This document shows, one piece after another, positions 8,753 to 17,539 of a DNA stretch of 64,000 bases. The position numbers and the translations under genes were made by a program. The notes under the pieces were generated by a model. That model did no database searches and had not been told where the DNA came from. It saw only the letters and a list, made by a program, of their open reading frames with translations. The stretch spans positions 32,001 to 96,000 of the forward strand of contig JBCCXZ010000003.1 of NCBI GenBank assembly GCA_039190745.1, given 5' to 3'. The first letter of the stretch is position 1; each line of letters begins with the position of its first letter. The stretch comes from Planctomycetota bacterium (GTDB taxonomy: Bacteria > Planctomycetota > Planctomycetia > Pirellulales > Lacipirellulaceae).

Positions 8753-8850
8753 GCTGTAAGGAAACGGGAGGGCGGAGCACGCTTGTGCTCCGCTTCAGGA
8801 TAGAGGTCACGGCAGGGCGACGGATCGGCCTGCCGTGACCTTTTTTGTTT
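8753..8850 (+). ncRNA. Candidate GGA-rich sRNA (CsrA/RsmA-binding-like)
   Basis: GGA at 8760, 8767, 8774, 8798 and 8822; hairpin GCGGAGCAC-GCTT-GTGCTCCGC; own terminator 8805-8850. Confidence 0.45.
8805..8850 (+). terminator. Rho-independent terminator
   Basis: Perfect 12-bp stem GGTCACGGCAGG/CCTGCCGTGACC plus TTTTTTGTTT. Confidence 0.75.
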
Positions 8851-8867
8851 CGCGGTACAAAAGCGGC

Positions 8868-10289
8868 CTACTCGCTCTTGAGTTCTTCGAGGAGCTTCTC
8901 GGCCTGCTCCCTGTAGACGAAGAGGTTCGCCGTCTTACCGACGACTTGTTCGAGTATCTGCCTAGCGTTCGGCTTGCTGTTCTGCTCAGCGAGCATCCGT
9001 GCAACGAAGTAGGACGAGTCTGGCGTCAGGCTCCCGGATTGGGCGCCCTTCTGGAGTGCTGCACGCGATTCTTGAGTACGGCCGAGCTTGAACAGCACCC
9101 AAGCGAGGGTGATGTTGGCCTGGGCATTGTTGGGGTAGCCGCGGGCGTTGAGTTGGGCGTGGCGGAGTGCTTTCTGCTGCGAAGTTGTGTCGTCTCGAGC
9201 CGCCAGCAGCAGGGCAAGCCAGTTGGTGGCGCTCTCGTTGCCGGGCGAGACGGCCAAGACTTTGTTGAGGAGTTCCTCGGCTCGCTCGCTATCGCCTCGC
9301 ATCTGCGCGATGAGGCCCGACAGCAGTAGCGCTTCGACCGCGCTCTCGTCTTGGGCCAACAGCGCGGTAGCAATCTCGTTGGCTTTATCCAACTCCCGCT
9401 GCTGGATCAGCCATCCGGCGTAGGCCTGTGAGGTAGAACGCTCGCCGCCGGTTTCCTCGTAGGCCCGTTCGTACGCTTTCCGGGCCTTCTCAATGTCGCC
9501 GTCTTGGGTGAACAGGTTGCCGAGCGCCACGTAGGGGTACGGCGCGCGGTCAGAGATCTCGCGGGCCATTTTGAAGTGATTGAATGATTCTTTAGCCTTG
9601 CCGAGGCGGAAGTAGGTGACCGCCAGGCGCTGGAGGGCGGCCGCGTTGTCGGGATCGATCTCTTTCCACTTCAGAAGCAGTTCCAAAGCTTGGTCCCACT
9701 TCTCGCGTCGTTCGAGCACCGCGGAGCGTCCCGCGAGTAGTTGGACGTCGAATCTACTGCGTCGCTTGTTGTTGGAGGTGAAACCCTCGACGATGGGGGC
9801 AGCATACTCGAACAGTGCGCTCGCCTCGGTGGTTCGTCCTTGCCCGAATGCTTGATTGGCCATGATGAGGTAGGCCTCAGGGTCGGAAGGTTCCTCAGTT
9901 ACGACACGCTCGAGCGAGATCATCGCGGCTTTGACGTTCCTTGCAGCGATCTGCATCTTTGCCAGGATCAGGTCGACCGGCGGCAGGCGTTTTGTCTCGC
10001 TGCGGGCGATCTCCAGGAATTCTCGTGCGCCCTGGATGTCGCCGTTTCTGAATCGCTGGATGGCTTTGTCGACGTTTGGGTAGTCGCGGTTAGAGAACGA
10101 TACGGCGTCGCCCACGAGTTCTTTGGCCCCGAATTCTTTCTTCTGCGGGACCGACGAGAGCGTTCCTCCCGGGGGGGCTGGCGTGCTCTGTGCAGTGGCG
10201 ACCTGTGGCACAAACGAAACCAAGAGCGCCAGCAACATCGCTGCATGGCTCCAGGTTCGCCGGATTAGGGTGGCGGGCATTGGGATCAT
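8868..10289 (-). CDS. Secreted tetratricopeptide repeat protein
   Basis: Signal peptide ending ATAQ; multiple TPR-like helical repeats. Confidence 0.85.
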   Translation of the reverse strand: MIPMPATLIRRTWSHAAMLLALLVSFVPQVATAQSTPAPPGGTLSSVPQKKEFGAKELVGDAVSFSNRDYPNVDKAIQRFRNGDIQGAREFLEIARSETKRLPPVDLILAKMQIAARNVKAAMISLERVVTEEPSDPEAYLIMANQAFGQGRTTEASALFEYAAPIVEGFTSNNKRRSRFDVQLLAGRSAVLERREKWDQALELLLKWKEIDPDNAAALQRLAVTYFRLGKAKESFNHFKMAREISDRAPYPYVALGNLFTQDGDIEKARKAYERAYEETGGERSTSQAYAGWLIQQRELDKANEIATALLAQDESAVEALLLSGLIAQMRGDSERAEELLNKVLAVSPGNESATNWLALLLAARDDTTSQQKALRHAQLNARGYPNNAQANITLAWVLFKLGRTQESRAALQKGAQSGSLTPDSSYFVARMLAEQNSKPNARQILEQVVGKTANLFVYREQAEKLLEELKSE

Positions 10290-10660
10290 ACCTCTCTAAG
10301 GAGTCTGAGCGGTCCGGGGGGCAGGCCGGTCGCTTTGGTTCTTGCCTGGGCAGGCGGCTGAGTCTTGGCCTCGCCGCACGGCCCCGTAGTTTAGACGATC
10401 AAGGCCTAAGCTGCACGGAGCCGCGAACGCGGCTGGGCGCAACAGTTGGCCGATCGTTGTCCGTTTATGTCGGTCACGCAGGATGGAGCCCCTCTGGCTC
10501 GACTCGCCTCCGGGGCGTGAATATACTGCGTTGCCCTCGCAGAGAGTGGTCGGCAGCCTCCCTCCGCCCTGGGAAGACGAGGCAGTCGAGAATCGTTGAG
10601 ACGTACCGATCCTGTGCGTCGTTCCAAGAATCGCCACTTTTTTTGAACCGGTAGGGCAGT

Positions 10661-12418
10661 TTGCTCGTCGGCCCTGTCTTCACACGAGAGCTGATGACCG
10701 CCCCACGCGGGTGGCGGTTGTATTTCACCCGAGCGGTCTACGTGGGGTCGCTTTTTGGCTTGGTCGTCACGGCTTGGCTGATTCTGCTGGGGTCGTACAC
10801 GCTAGAGGGGCCGGCCGCCTTGTCGCGGTTCGGCTCGGCGGTCTTCGCAGTCATCGCGCCGGTGCAGCTGGCGATGGCGATCGCTTTTTCCGCTCTGTTG
10901 ACTGCCGCTGCCGTCGCGCAAGAGAAGGATCGGCGGACCCTGGAACTGCTCTTGCTTTCTCGGCTAACGAACTCGGAGCTCGTTCTTGGCAAGATGCTCG
11001 CCAGCATGCTCACGGTGTTGGTGCTGATCACAGCCGCTGCTCCGTTGATGGTTCTGTTGACGCTGCTGGGCGGGGTCTCCCACGGCCAAGTGCTGCGGGT
11101 TCTTGGCGTGACGCTCGCAGCCGCCGCACTCGCGGGCAGCTTGGGTTCGATGGTTGCGCTTTGGCGAGAGAAGACATTCCAGAGCCTCGCGGCAACCGCT
11201 ATCGCTTTGGTGTTGTGGTTGCTCTTGGGCGAAGCTGTTGCGAACGGCCTTTTCGGGACCTTAGCCGATCTGTCCCCGGAGGACTGGGCGGCGGGGTTAA
11301 GTCCCTTCCGAGCCATGGGAGTCGCAAACCGCGCGGCCGGTAGCGGCACGGCCGAGTTTGCGGCGGTTGGAGGGCCCGCGGGGCTGTTCATGGTTTTGGC
11401 TTCAGCGGCCGCGATCGGACTGAACCTGCTGGCCATTCTCCGAGTGCGTGCTTGGAATCCGACCCGAGAGTTGCTGCCCTCCTCTACGAACGGCGCGGAG
11501 TCGACTCAGGGAGAGGAGGTGGACATCCACGCGGCGCCGGGACCCTCGCGGCGCGTCTGGGACAACCCGATCTTGTGGCGGGAGGTTTGTACTTGGGCTT
11601 ACGGCAAGAAGATCCTGTTTGTGCGCCTGGGTTACTTAGCAGTGTTCGCGGTTTGTGCGATCGCATTGTTCGCGACCGACTCGACGGCCCGGCGGGGCGG
11701 CGCGACGCCGCCTGAGGCGTTGCCGCTTGTCCCGTTGATGGTGGTGAGCCTTGTGCTGGTCAACGCGCTGGCGGTGACTTCGATAACGAATGAACGCGAC
11801 CTGAAGGCGCTCGACCTGCTGTTGGTTACAGACCTCTCGCCCAAGGAAATCGTCTACGGCAAGCTCGGCGGGATTTTCTTCAACTCGAAAGAGATGCTCT
11901 TGCTGCCGCTGGCGCTGGCGGGTTTCTTGTGGTGGCAGGGCGCGTTAGGAAACGAGAACCTGCTATTTGTTTCGGTTGGCCTGATCGTCGTTAATGCGTT
12001 CGTGGCAATGCTAGGCGTTCACTCCGGGATGACCTATTTGACGTCGCGTTCTGCGGTGGCGGTCAGTCTGGGAACGGTGCTCTTTCTGCTCTTGGGCGTC
12101 GGCGTTTGCATGAGGATGATGGTAGCGTTTCAAGGTTCGTTCTTTAATCAGTTGCAGGCTTTCCTCGCCTTTATGCTCGGTGGGGGAGCGGGGCTGTTTG
12201 TGGCTTTGGGGTACCGCAACGCTTCGCCAGCGATCGGCTGGGCGACCATACCGATGCCGTTCGCGTCGTTCTTTGCGATCACGAGCTTCCTGAACGGCGG
12301 GTACGGGTCGGCCTTCCTCGTGGCGGCGGGGATGTACGGCTTCGCGACAGCGGCGATGCTTGTGCCGGCGATTTCTGAATTCGATGTTGCGACCGGGCGG
12401 ACCTCTGCCCAAGACTGA
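10661..12418 (+). CDS. ABC-2 type transporter permease (duplicated membrane domain)
   Basis: Two AQEKDRRTLELLL / TNERDLKALDLLL motifs each followed by E(L/I)V(L/Y)GK; many TM helices. Confidence 0.8.
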   Translation: MLVGPVFTRELMTAPRGWRLYFTRAVYVGSLFGLVVTAWLILLGSYTLEGPAALSRFGSAVFAVIAPVQLAMAIAFSALLTAAAVAQEKDRRTLELLLLSRLTNSELVLGKMLASMLTVLVLITAAAPLMVLLTLLGGVSHGQVLRVLGVTLAAAALAGSLGSMVALWREKTFQSLAATAIALVLWLLLGEAVANGLFGTLADLSPEDWAAGLSPFRAMGVANRAAGSGTAEFAAVGGPAGLFMVLASAAAIGLNLLAILRVRAWNPTRELLPSSTNGAESTQGEEVDIHAAPGPSRRVWDNPILWREVCTWAYGKKILFVRLGYLAVFAVCAIALFATDSTARRGGATPPEALPLVPLMVVSLVLVNALAVTSITNERDLKALDLLLVTDLSPKEIVYGKLGGIFFNSKEMLLLPLALAGFLWWQGALGNENLLFVSVGLIVVNAFVAMLGVHSGMTYLTSRSAVAVSLGTVLFLLLGVGVCMRMMVAFQGSFFNQLQAFLAFMLGGGAGLFVALGYRNASPAIGWATIPMPFASFFAITSFLNGGYGSAFLVAAGMYGFATAAMLVPAISEFDVATGRTSAQD

Positions 12419-12494
12419 ACGAGTCATGCGATTTGGTTCACGGCCGTCGGCTTAGAGCCCGGCGGCCAATGCACACTCAGCGGCGTTTGTTTCG

Positions 12495-13760
12495 GTGGAC
12501 CTTCTTCAAGAAACTGCCCCTCTCTTTGCGGCGATGGCCTTCCTCGCGGCAGCGTCCGGGTTCTTCTCGTGCAGCGAGGCCGCACTGTTTTCGGTTCGGC
12601 CAGACCAGCTACGCCGCCTTGGACGCGAGGGTCGCCGCAGCCGCGCGGTGGTCGAGCTGCTGTCAGATCCCGAAAGGCTGCTCACGGCGATCCTGTTCTG
12701 GAATCTGATGATCAACATCGCGTACTTCGCGCTATCATCCGTTGTGAGCATTCAGTTCCAGAAGGACGGCCGCCCCGCGGAGGCGGGGGTCGTGGCCGTC
12801 GGCGCTGTCCTGGCGATTATCCTTTTCAGCGAGATGTTGCCCAAAACGATCGGAGTCACCGGCCCACGGTCGGTCAGCACGCTCGTGAGTCTGCCGCTCG
12901 CGGCCTCGGTGCGTCTGCTCGATCCGGTGGCCCCCGTGTTCGGGACGGTTATGCGTGCGTTGAAACGGGTATTCCTGCCGGGGTTCCAGCCGGAGCCGTA
13001 TCTCCAAGTGCAAGACCTTGAAAGGGCGATCAGCCTTTCCACCGCCGACCAAGAACTAGCTGCGCTGGAGCACTCGGCGCTCCAGGAGATTGTCCAGCTC
13101 TCCGAACAAACGGCGGAGGAACTCATGCGGCCGCGGCGCCACTACCAACAGTTTGCTCCGCCCGTGCATCTAGACGACCTCGGCGGCCGGCTGACTCGTA
13201 GCGGATACGTTCTGGTTAGCGAACCCGATTCGGACGAGATCGCTCGGGCGATCCCCGTGAAGCACCTCTGGAGCGTGCCGCGGCAGCACCTGGAGGAGTT
13301 CGCGGTCGATGTCGTTTATGTTCCTTGGTGTGCGTCGGTGGCGGTAGTGTTCGGCGAGCTTCAGCGGCAACGGAGCGAGGTTGCGGCCGTGATCAACGAA
13401 CACGGCGAGACGGTCGGGATAGTGACCTTGGAAGACCTGCTGGAAACGATCTTCTTGAGCGACTCGACCCGCAGCGGAAGGCTGTTGGAGCGGACCGCTA
13501 TACAGCCTCTATGGGAGGGGGGGTGGCGTGTGACGGGCATGACCGGCATACGCCGGCTCGCACGCGAGCTCGGGCTTGAAACACCCGACACGAAGAGCAC
13601 CACCGTCGGCGGCGTGCTCCAAGAAGAGCTCCAACGCATACCGGAAGAGGGCGACCGCGTCTCTTGGGGACAGGTGGAGTTTCATGTGGTCGAAGTGACG
13701 GACGACGGGACGCTGCTTGTAGAAATGACGCTTACCGGCCTCCTGGAGGACGGCGTATGA
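12495..13760 (+). CDS. CNNM/HlyC-CorC family transporter (DUF21 + CBS + CorC)
   Basis: SGFFSCSEAALFS, SEMLPK, VINEHGETVGIVTLEDLLE, TVGG...RIPEEGD. Confidence 0.88.
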   Translation: MDLLQETAPLFAAMAFLAAASGFFSCSEAALFSVRPDQLRRLGREGRRSRAVVELLSDPERLLTAILFWNLMINIAYFALSSVVSIQFQKDGRPAEAGVVAVGAVLAIILFSEMLPKTIGVTGPRSVSTLVSLPLAASVRLLDPVAPVFGTVMRALKRVFLPGFQPEPYLQVQDLERAISLSTADQELAALEHSALQEIVQLSEQTAEELMRPRRHYQQFAPPVHLDDLGGRLTRSGYVLVSEPDSDEIARAIPVKHLWSVPRQHLEEFAVDVVYVPWCASVAVVFGELQRQRSEVAAVINEHGETVGIVTLEDLLETIFLSDSTRSGRLLERTAIQPLWEGGWRVTGMTGIRRLARELGLETPDTKSTTVGGVLQEELQRIPEEGDRVSWGQVEFHVVEVTDDGTLLVEMTLTGLLEDGV

Positions 13761-14722
13761 TCGCTGCGGCTTGTTTGCTGATCTCTGGGCTTGTCCTGAG
13801 CGCGTTCTTCAGCGGCTCCGAGACTGGCTTTTACCGTGTGACTCGCGTGAAGCTTGTTGTGGATGCTCTTGGCGGCGGTCGCCTGTCACGGGTGCTGTTG
13901 TTCCTGGCGAACCGGCCTTCGCTGTTTGTTGCTACGACGCTGGTGGGTAACAACCTAGCGAACTATGTCACCTCACTGGCGGTGGTGCTCGGTTCGCAGC
14001 GGTTGGTTCCTGGCGGCGGTACAGCGGTCGACCTGCTCGCCCCCATGGCCTTAGCGCCGCTATTGTTTATCGGTGGCGAGCTCTTGCCCAAGAACCTGTT
14101 CTTCGAGGCGCCGAACCGCCTCCTGAAACGCTGCGCACCCGGCCTCGCCGTTTGCGGGGTGCTCTTCGCCCCCATCACGGTCGTGTTGTGGGCGTTCAGC
14201 CGTTTGCTGGAGTTGGTCACAGGGGCTTCTCCCCAAGAGGCGCAGCTGAAGATTGCCAGGCGAGAGCTGAACAACCTCTTCGCCGAGGGGCACGAAGCCG
14301 GCATCCTCGAGCCGGTTCAGCGGACGCTTGCCCAGTCAATGCTCCTGGTCGCTGGCAAGCCGATCAGCGCTTTCGCTTCGCCAAAAGGAAGGGTGGTGCG
14401 TGCAACCACTACCATGAGCAAGAGCGACGTGCTGAAGCTCGCCCAGCGGCATCGCCGGACGCTCCTGCCGTTGGAGGACCCGAACAACAAGAGACGGCTC
14501 GTGGGCTACTTGCGGATGATCGACCTTTGCCTGGACAAAGGGGCTGCTTTGCCCGAGCCTATGCCACTCGTGGAACTCCGCGATACCGACTCGTGTCTGT
14601 CTGCTTTGCGTGCGTTAAGCCAATCCGAAGACGCGCTTGGACATGTGGTTTCTCACACCGGCGAGACTGTTGGATTCGTCACCGGGCGAGAACTGCGGCT
14701 GGCTTTATTGCGCGATGGGTAG
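13757..14722 (+). CDS. CNNM (DUF21) family protein with degenerate CBS pair, no CorC domain
   Basis: SAFFSGSETGFY, LVGNNLAN, GELLPK; ATGA overlap with upstream gene. Confidence 0.85.
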   Translation: MIAAACLLISGLVLSAFFSGSETGFYRVTRVKLVVDALGGGRLSRVLLFLANRPSLFVATTLVGNNLANYVTSLAVVLGSQRLVPGGGTAVDLLAPMALAPLLFIGGELLPKNLFFEAPNRLLKRCAPGLAVCGVLFAPITVVLWAFSRLLELVTGASPQEAQLKIARRELNNLFAEGHEAGILEPVQRTLAQSMLLVAGKPISAFASPKGRVVRATTTMSKSDVLKLAQRHRRTLLPLEDPNNKRRLVGYLRMIDLCLDKGAALPEPMPLVELRDTDSCLSALRALSQSEDALGHVVSHTGETVGFVTGRELRLALLRDG

Positions 14723-14932
14723 AATGCAATTCGCAATCTGGCGGAAGGTTTGGCGCGCGCAGACGCATAGATTCCTTCTAATGCTGAGTCAATCAGAACG
14801 CCGTACTGTCCCATCTAGGTTGGAGAGGCTATTTTGGAAAGCAGACAAAGGTTACTTACCAACGGCATTGATTGACGGACCCCCGGGTACGAGGTTTGCC
14901 TGGGCAAGTCAGCAGCAGATGAGGTGAAGCTA

Positions 14933-15685
14933 ATGAAGATGTACAGCTCTAGAAGTCAAATTCTTATCAGGGCGCTAACTCTATCTGCCCTGTTTTCTTC
15001 GGCGGCTGCGACAGCGATCGCGGTCCCAATCTTTGATACCTTCGGCCCGCTTGATGAGGCGACGTTCGGCGGGCAAGGCATCCCCAACGACGAGGTCGCC
15101 GTCTCAAGGCAGTTTACTGACGGCAACGATATCGAAATCACCGTAGCACTTAGCGCGACTCAGCGCTTTAGCAATCCTGCGTTAAGCAATGATGGCGCCG
15201 GTACTTACTTCGCCACTCCCGGCAGCAACTTTGGCGGCAATGGTGAGAGCGGCACCGAAGGTGCGTTGTGGAACTTCAACTTCTATATAGCAGTTGAGGG
15301 CTTCAACGGAGCAACTCCTTTGCTGACCGACTACCAGATCGATCTGAAATACGATTTCGACCCAGCTAGTGGAACGCCGGTTGGGGATTTGGGATCAATC
15401 GACCTGACGAACTCGTTATTGTTCAACGATCCCAACTCCATACTGGTGGAAGACTCTCAGAATCTGCTTTTCAGCTTCCTCGGCACGAGCGTCCCCGGCT
15501 TCCTGGTTGCTCCGTCAGGATCATTCGACCAGAACGCCTTGGGGGAATACACGTTCGCGATCACGATCTCCGGCAACGGCTTTCCGATCGAGACCGTTGC
15601 CATGAATGTCGAAGTGATCCCCGAGCCAACCGCTTTGTTCTTGGCTTCACTGGCTGGCGTGGCTTTGCTTGGCCGCCGTCGGTAG
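14933..15685 (+). CDS. PEP-CTERM sorting domain protein
   Basis: Signal peptide; C-terminal IPEPTALFLASLAGVALLGRRR; start codon uncertain (14924/14933/14939). Confidence 0.88.
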   Translation: MKMYSSRSQILIRALTLSALFSSAAATAIAVPIFDTFGPLDEATFGGQGIPNDEVAVSRQFTDGNDIEITVALSATQRFSNPALSNDGAGTYFATPGSNFGGNGESGTEGALWNFNFYIAVEGFNGATPLLTDYQIDLKYDFDPASGTPVGDLGSIDLTNSLLFNDPNSILVEDSQNLLFSFLGTSVPGFLVAPSGSFDQNALGEYTFAITISGNGFPIETVAMNVEVIPEPTALFLASLAGVALLGRRR

Positions 15686-15720
15686 GCCTAGCACGGCAGA
15701 CTCCGCGAATCTGATCTACG

Positions 15721-15757
15721 AAGCCCTCTTCGGCCGACCTGCCGAAGAGGGCTTTTT
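15721..15757 (+). terminator. Rho-independent terminator
   Basis: AAGCCCTCTTCGGC/GCCGAAGAGGGCTT 14-bp stem plus T tail after the PEP-CTERM gene. Confidence 0.8.
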
Positions 15758-15802
15758 GCTTGGCGGATCAATCGGCTTTTGCAGTGATGGGCGTCGATTT
15801 GT

Positions 15803-16078
15803 TCAAGAAAGCACCGCCATGACCGCGGCGAACACGAGGCCCAATGCCACAACGCCGGCGACAACCCAAGCCATTAGGCTGAGCCCTTCCGAACGGTACT
15901 TGGGGCCGTCTATCCGCCGCCTGTCTGCTTCGGTGAGCCAGTAGCCGCACTCGGGGCACTGCTCGAGGATGAGTTGGATCTCGGCCCCGCACTCCGGGCA
16001 CGACGCGGTCCCTTCTTCTTCGGGGTCGTAGTCTCCGTCGTCGTCCCAGTCTTCCTCGCCCCAGTCTTCTTCATGCAT
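15803..16078 (-). CDS. Small zinc-ribbon membrane protein
   Basis: Acidic N-terminus, CPECG...CPECG, C-terminal TM helix. Confidence 0.7.
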   Translation of the reverse strand: MHEEDWGEEDWDDDGDYDPEEEGTASCPECGAEIQLILEQCPECGYWLTEADRRRIDGPKYRSEGLSLMAWVVAGVVALGLVFAAVMAVLS

Positions 16079-16169
16079 CCGGTTGTGCCTCAAGTAAGCT
16101 TCGAGACGTTCTCGCCTCGACCAAGTCTCACCCTGTTCCCACCTTTTCGTAGAACGTAGCCTAGTGGCC

Positions 16170-16586
16170 ATGGTGCACCAAGAGACGATCGAGCTTCGAA
16201 CCGAAGGCCATGGGCAGATGCATGATCTGACGATGCGTGTCGCAGAGGCTGTGCGCGCATCCGGCATCTCGACCGGAACGGTCAACGTCGCGAACCTGGG
16301 GTCCACCGGGGCCATCGGCTGCATTGAGTTTGAGCCCGGTCTCGTCGCAGACCTTCCCTCACTCTTAGACCGCTTCATCCCGCCGTCGCCAGACTATGGC
16401 CACGAGCAGGCTTGGCACGACGGCAACGGTCACTCGCACTTGCAGGCGACGTGGCTTGGACAGTCGTTGACGCTGCCCGTCAGTGAAGGCGCACCGATTC
16501 TCGGGACGTGGCAGCAGGTATTTCACTTGGAGTGCGACGTCAGGCCGCGGAGCCGTGAGATAGTTCTCACTGTGATGGGCGAGTAA
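16170..16586 (+). CDS. yjbQ: YjbQ/UPF0047 family protein
   Basis: EFEPGL, DGNGHSHL, LGTWQ motifs. Confidence 0.88.
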   Translation: MVHQETIELRTEGHGQMHDLTMRVAEAVRASGISTGTVNVANLGSTGAIGCIEFEPGLVADLPSLLDRFIPPSPDYGHEQAWHDGNGHSHLQATWLGQSLTLPVSEGAPILGTWQQVFHLECDVRPRSREIVLTVMGE

Positions 16587-16608
16587 TGCGCTAGACCCGT
16601 TTGGTTGC

Positions 16609-16881
16609 TCACTCGTCTGGCTCGCCGAGATCGACCTGCGACCAATCGACCTGGGCTCCTGAGGTCTTGATTTCCGCCAGGAGCCGCTTTGCCGCATCCA
16701 ACTGCTTGCTGGGCACGAGCACCTCAACCCGGCCCGGCGCTTCCGCCTGGAAACTCGATGTGTAGCTGCCCGCTCGGACGGCTAGGATCCCTTCGGCTGC
16801 AAGCAGCGCCTCCAGGCTAGCGGCTTCATGGTCTGAAGCCGTAGTCGTCAGCAAGACGGGGCGGTCGTGAGGACTAGGCAT
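16609..16881 (-). CDS. DUF2007-like small protein
   Basis: EAASLEALLAAEGI...VEVLVP pattern; DWSQVDLGEP tail. Confidence 0.7.
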   Translation of the reverse strand: MPSPHDRPVLLTTTASDHEAASLEALLAAEGILAVRAGSYTSSFQAEAPGRVEVLVPSKQLDAAKRLLAEIKTSGAQVDWSQVDLGEPDE

Positions 16882-16919
16882 GCCAAACTCACGGCTATTG
16901 GCCAGACTCATGTGGAATG

Positions 16920-16953
16920 AAAAAAAAGCGGAGGAGGCCGAGGCCTCTTCCGC
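16920..16953 (-). terminator. Rho-independent terminator
   Basis: Minus strand GCGGAAGAGGC-CTCG-GCCTCCTCCGC followed by T8. Confidence 0.7.
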
Positions 16954-17007
16954 CGCATTTTCTACGTGAGGGTTTGCCGAGGCAAGCGTATGCCCGCCCG
17001 ACGCGAG

Positions 17008-17265
17008 CTACTTGGAGTAGCCCAGCTCCTGGATAACCGAGAGCATCTCTTCGTAATTGATGAACCGTCGACGGTGCAGCATCTTGTACTGGTCGATGGC
17101 CCGGCCGAGTTCGGCTGCCTCGGGCGAGAGATCGGTATGGCTGCTGGCGAACTGGCGGCGTTCGGAGCCGGCAGTCGCGAGGGCTTCTCCGCGACGGCGG
17201 TCAACAAAGGTCTCAGCAGGCGCCTCGGTGACAGGCGAGTCGAGCGTGGCTGTGGACATGGCCAT
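17008..17265 (-). CDS. Small conserved hypothetical protein
   Basis: FVDRR...ERRQF...ELGRAIDQYKMLHRRRFINYEEMLSVIQELGY; downstream terminator. Confidence 0.75.
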   Translation of the reverse strand: MAMSTATLDSPVTEAPAETFVDRRRGEALATAGSERRQFASSHTDLSPEAAELGRAIDQYKMLHRRRFINYEEMLSVIQELGYSK

Positions 17266-17539
17266 TTCCTCAGAGCAATAGTCGTGTTTTGGAGGCGTAA
17301 CCCGACGGGGAATGTCGTATTGGACGCGGGCACTGAAGCTACGCAACTATACCCCACAGCCGGCAGAGTGACCGACAGGCTGTCGCGGCTTTCCGAAGGG
17401 CTCGGCGGCCAGCCGTTCCGATCCGACTAATCGCTACATCCCCGCGCCAATCGGCTGCTTGGCGATGATCTGGCGGGTGGTAGACTGGCCGCCCTGCGAA
17501 GCCCTAACAAGATACGAACCCGTTGAGGAGTTCACAGTG

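Noticed and set aside
8453..8803. ORFs 8453-8803 and 8493-8759 as proteins
   Set aside because: Both run through a strong terminator and have no recognisable motifs; RNA structure explains the region better
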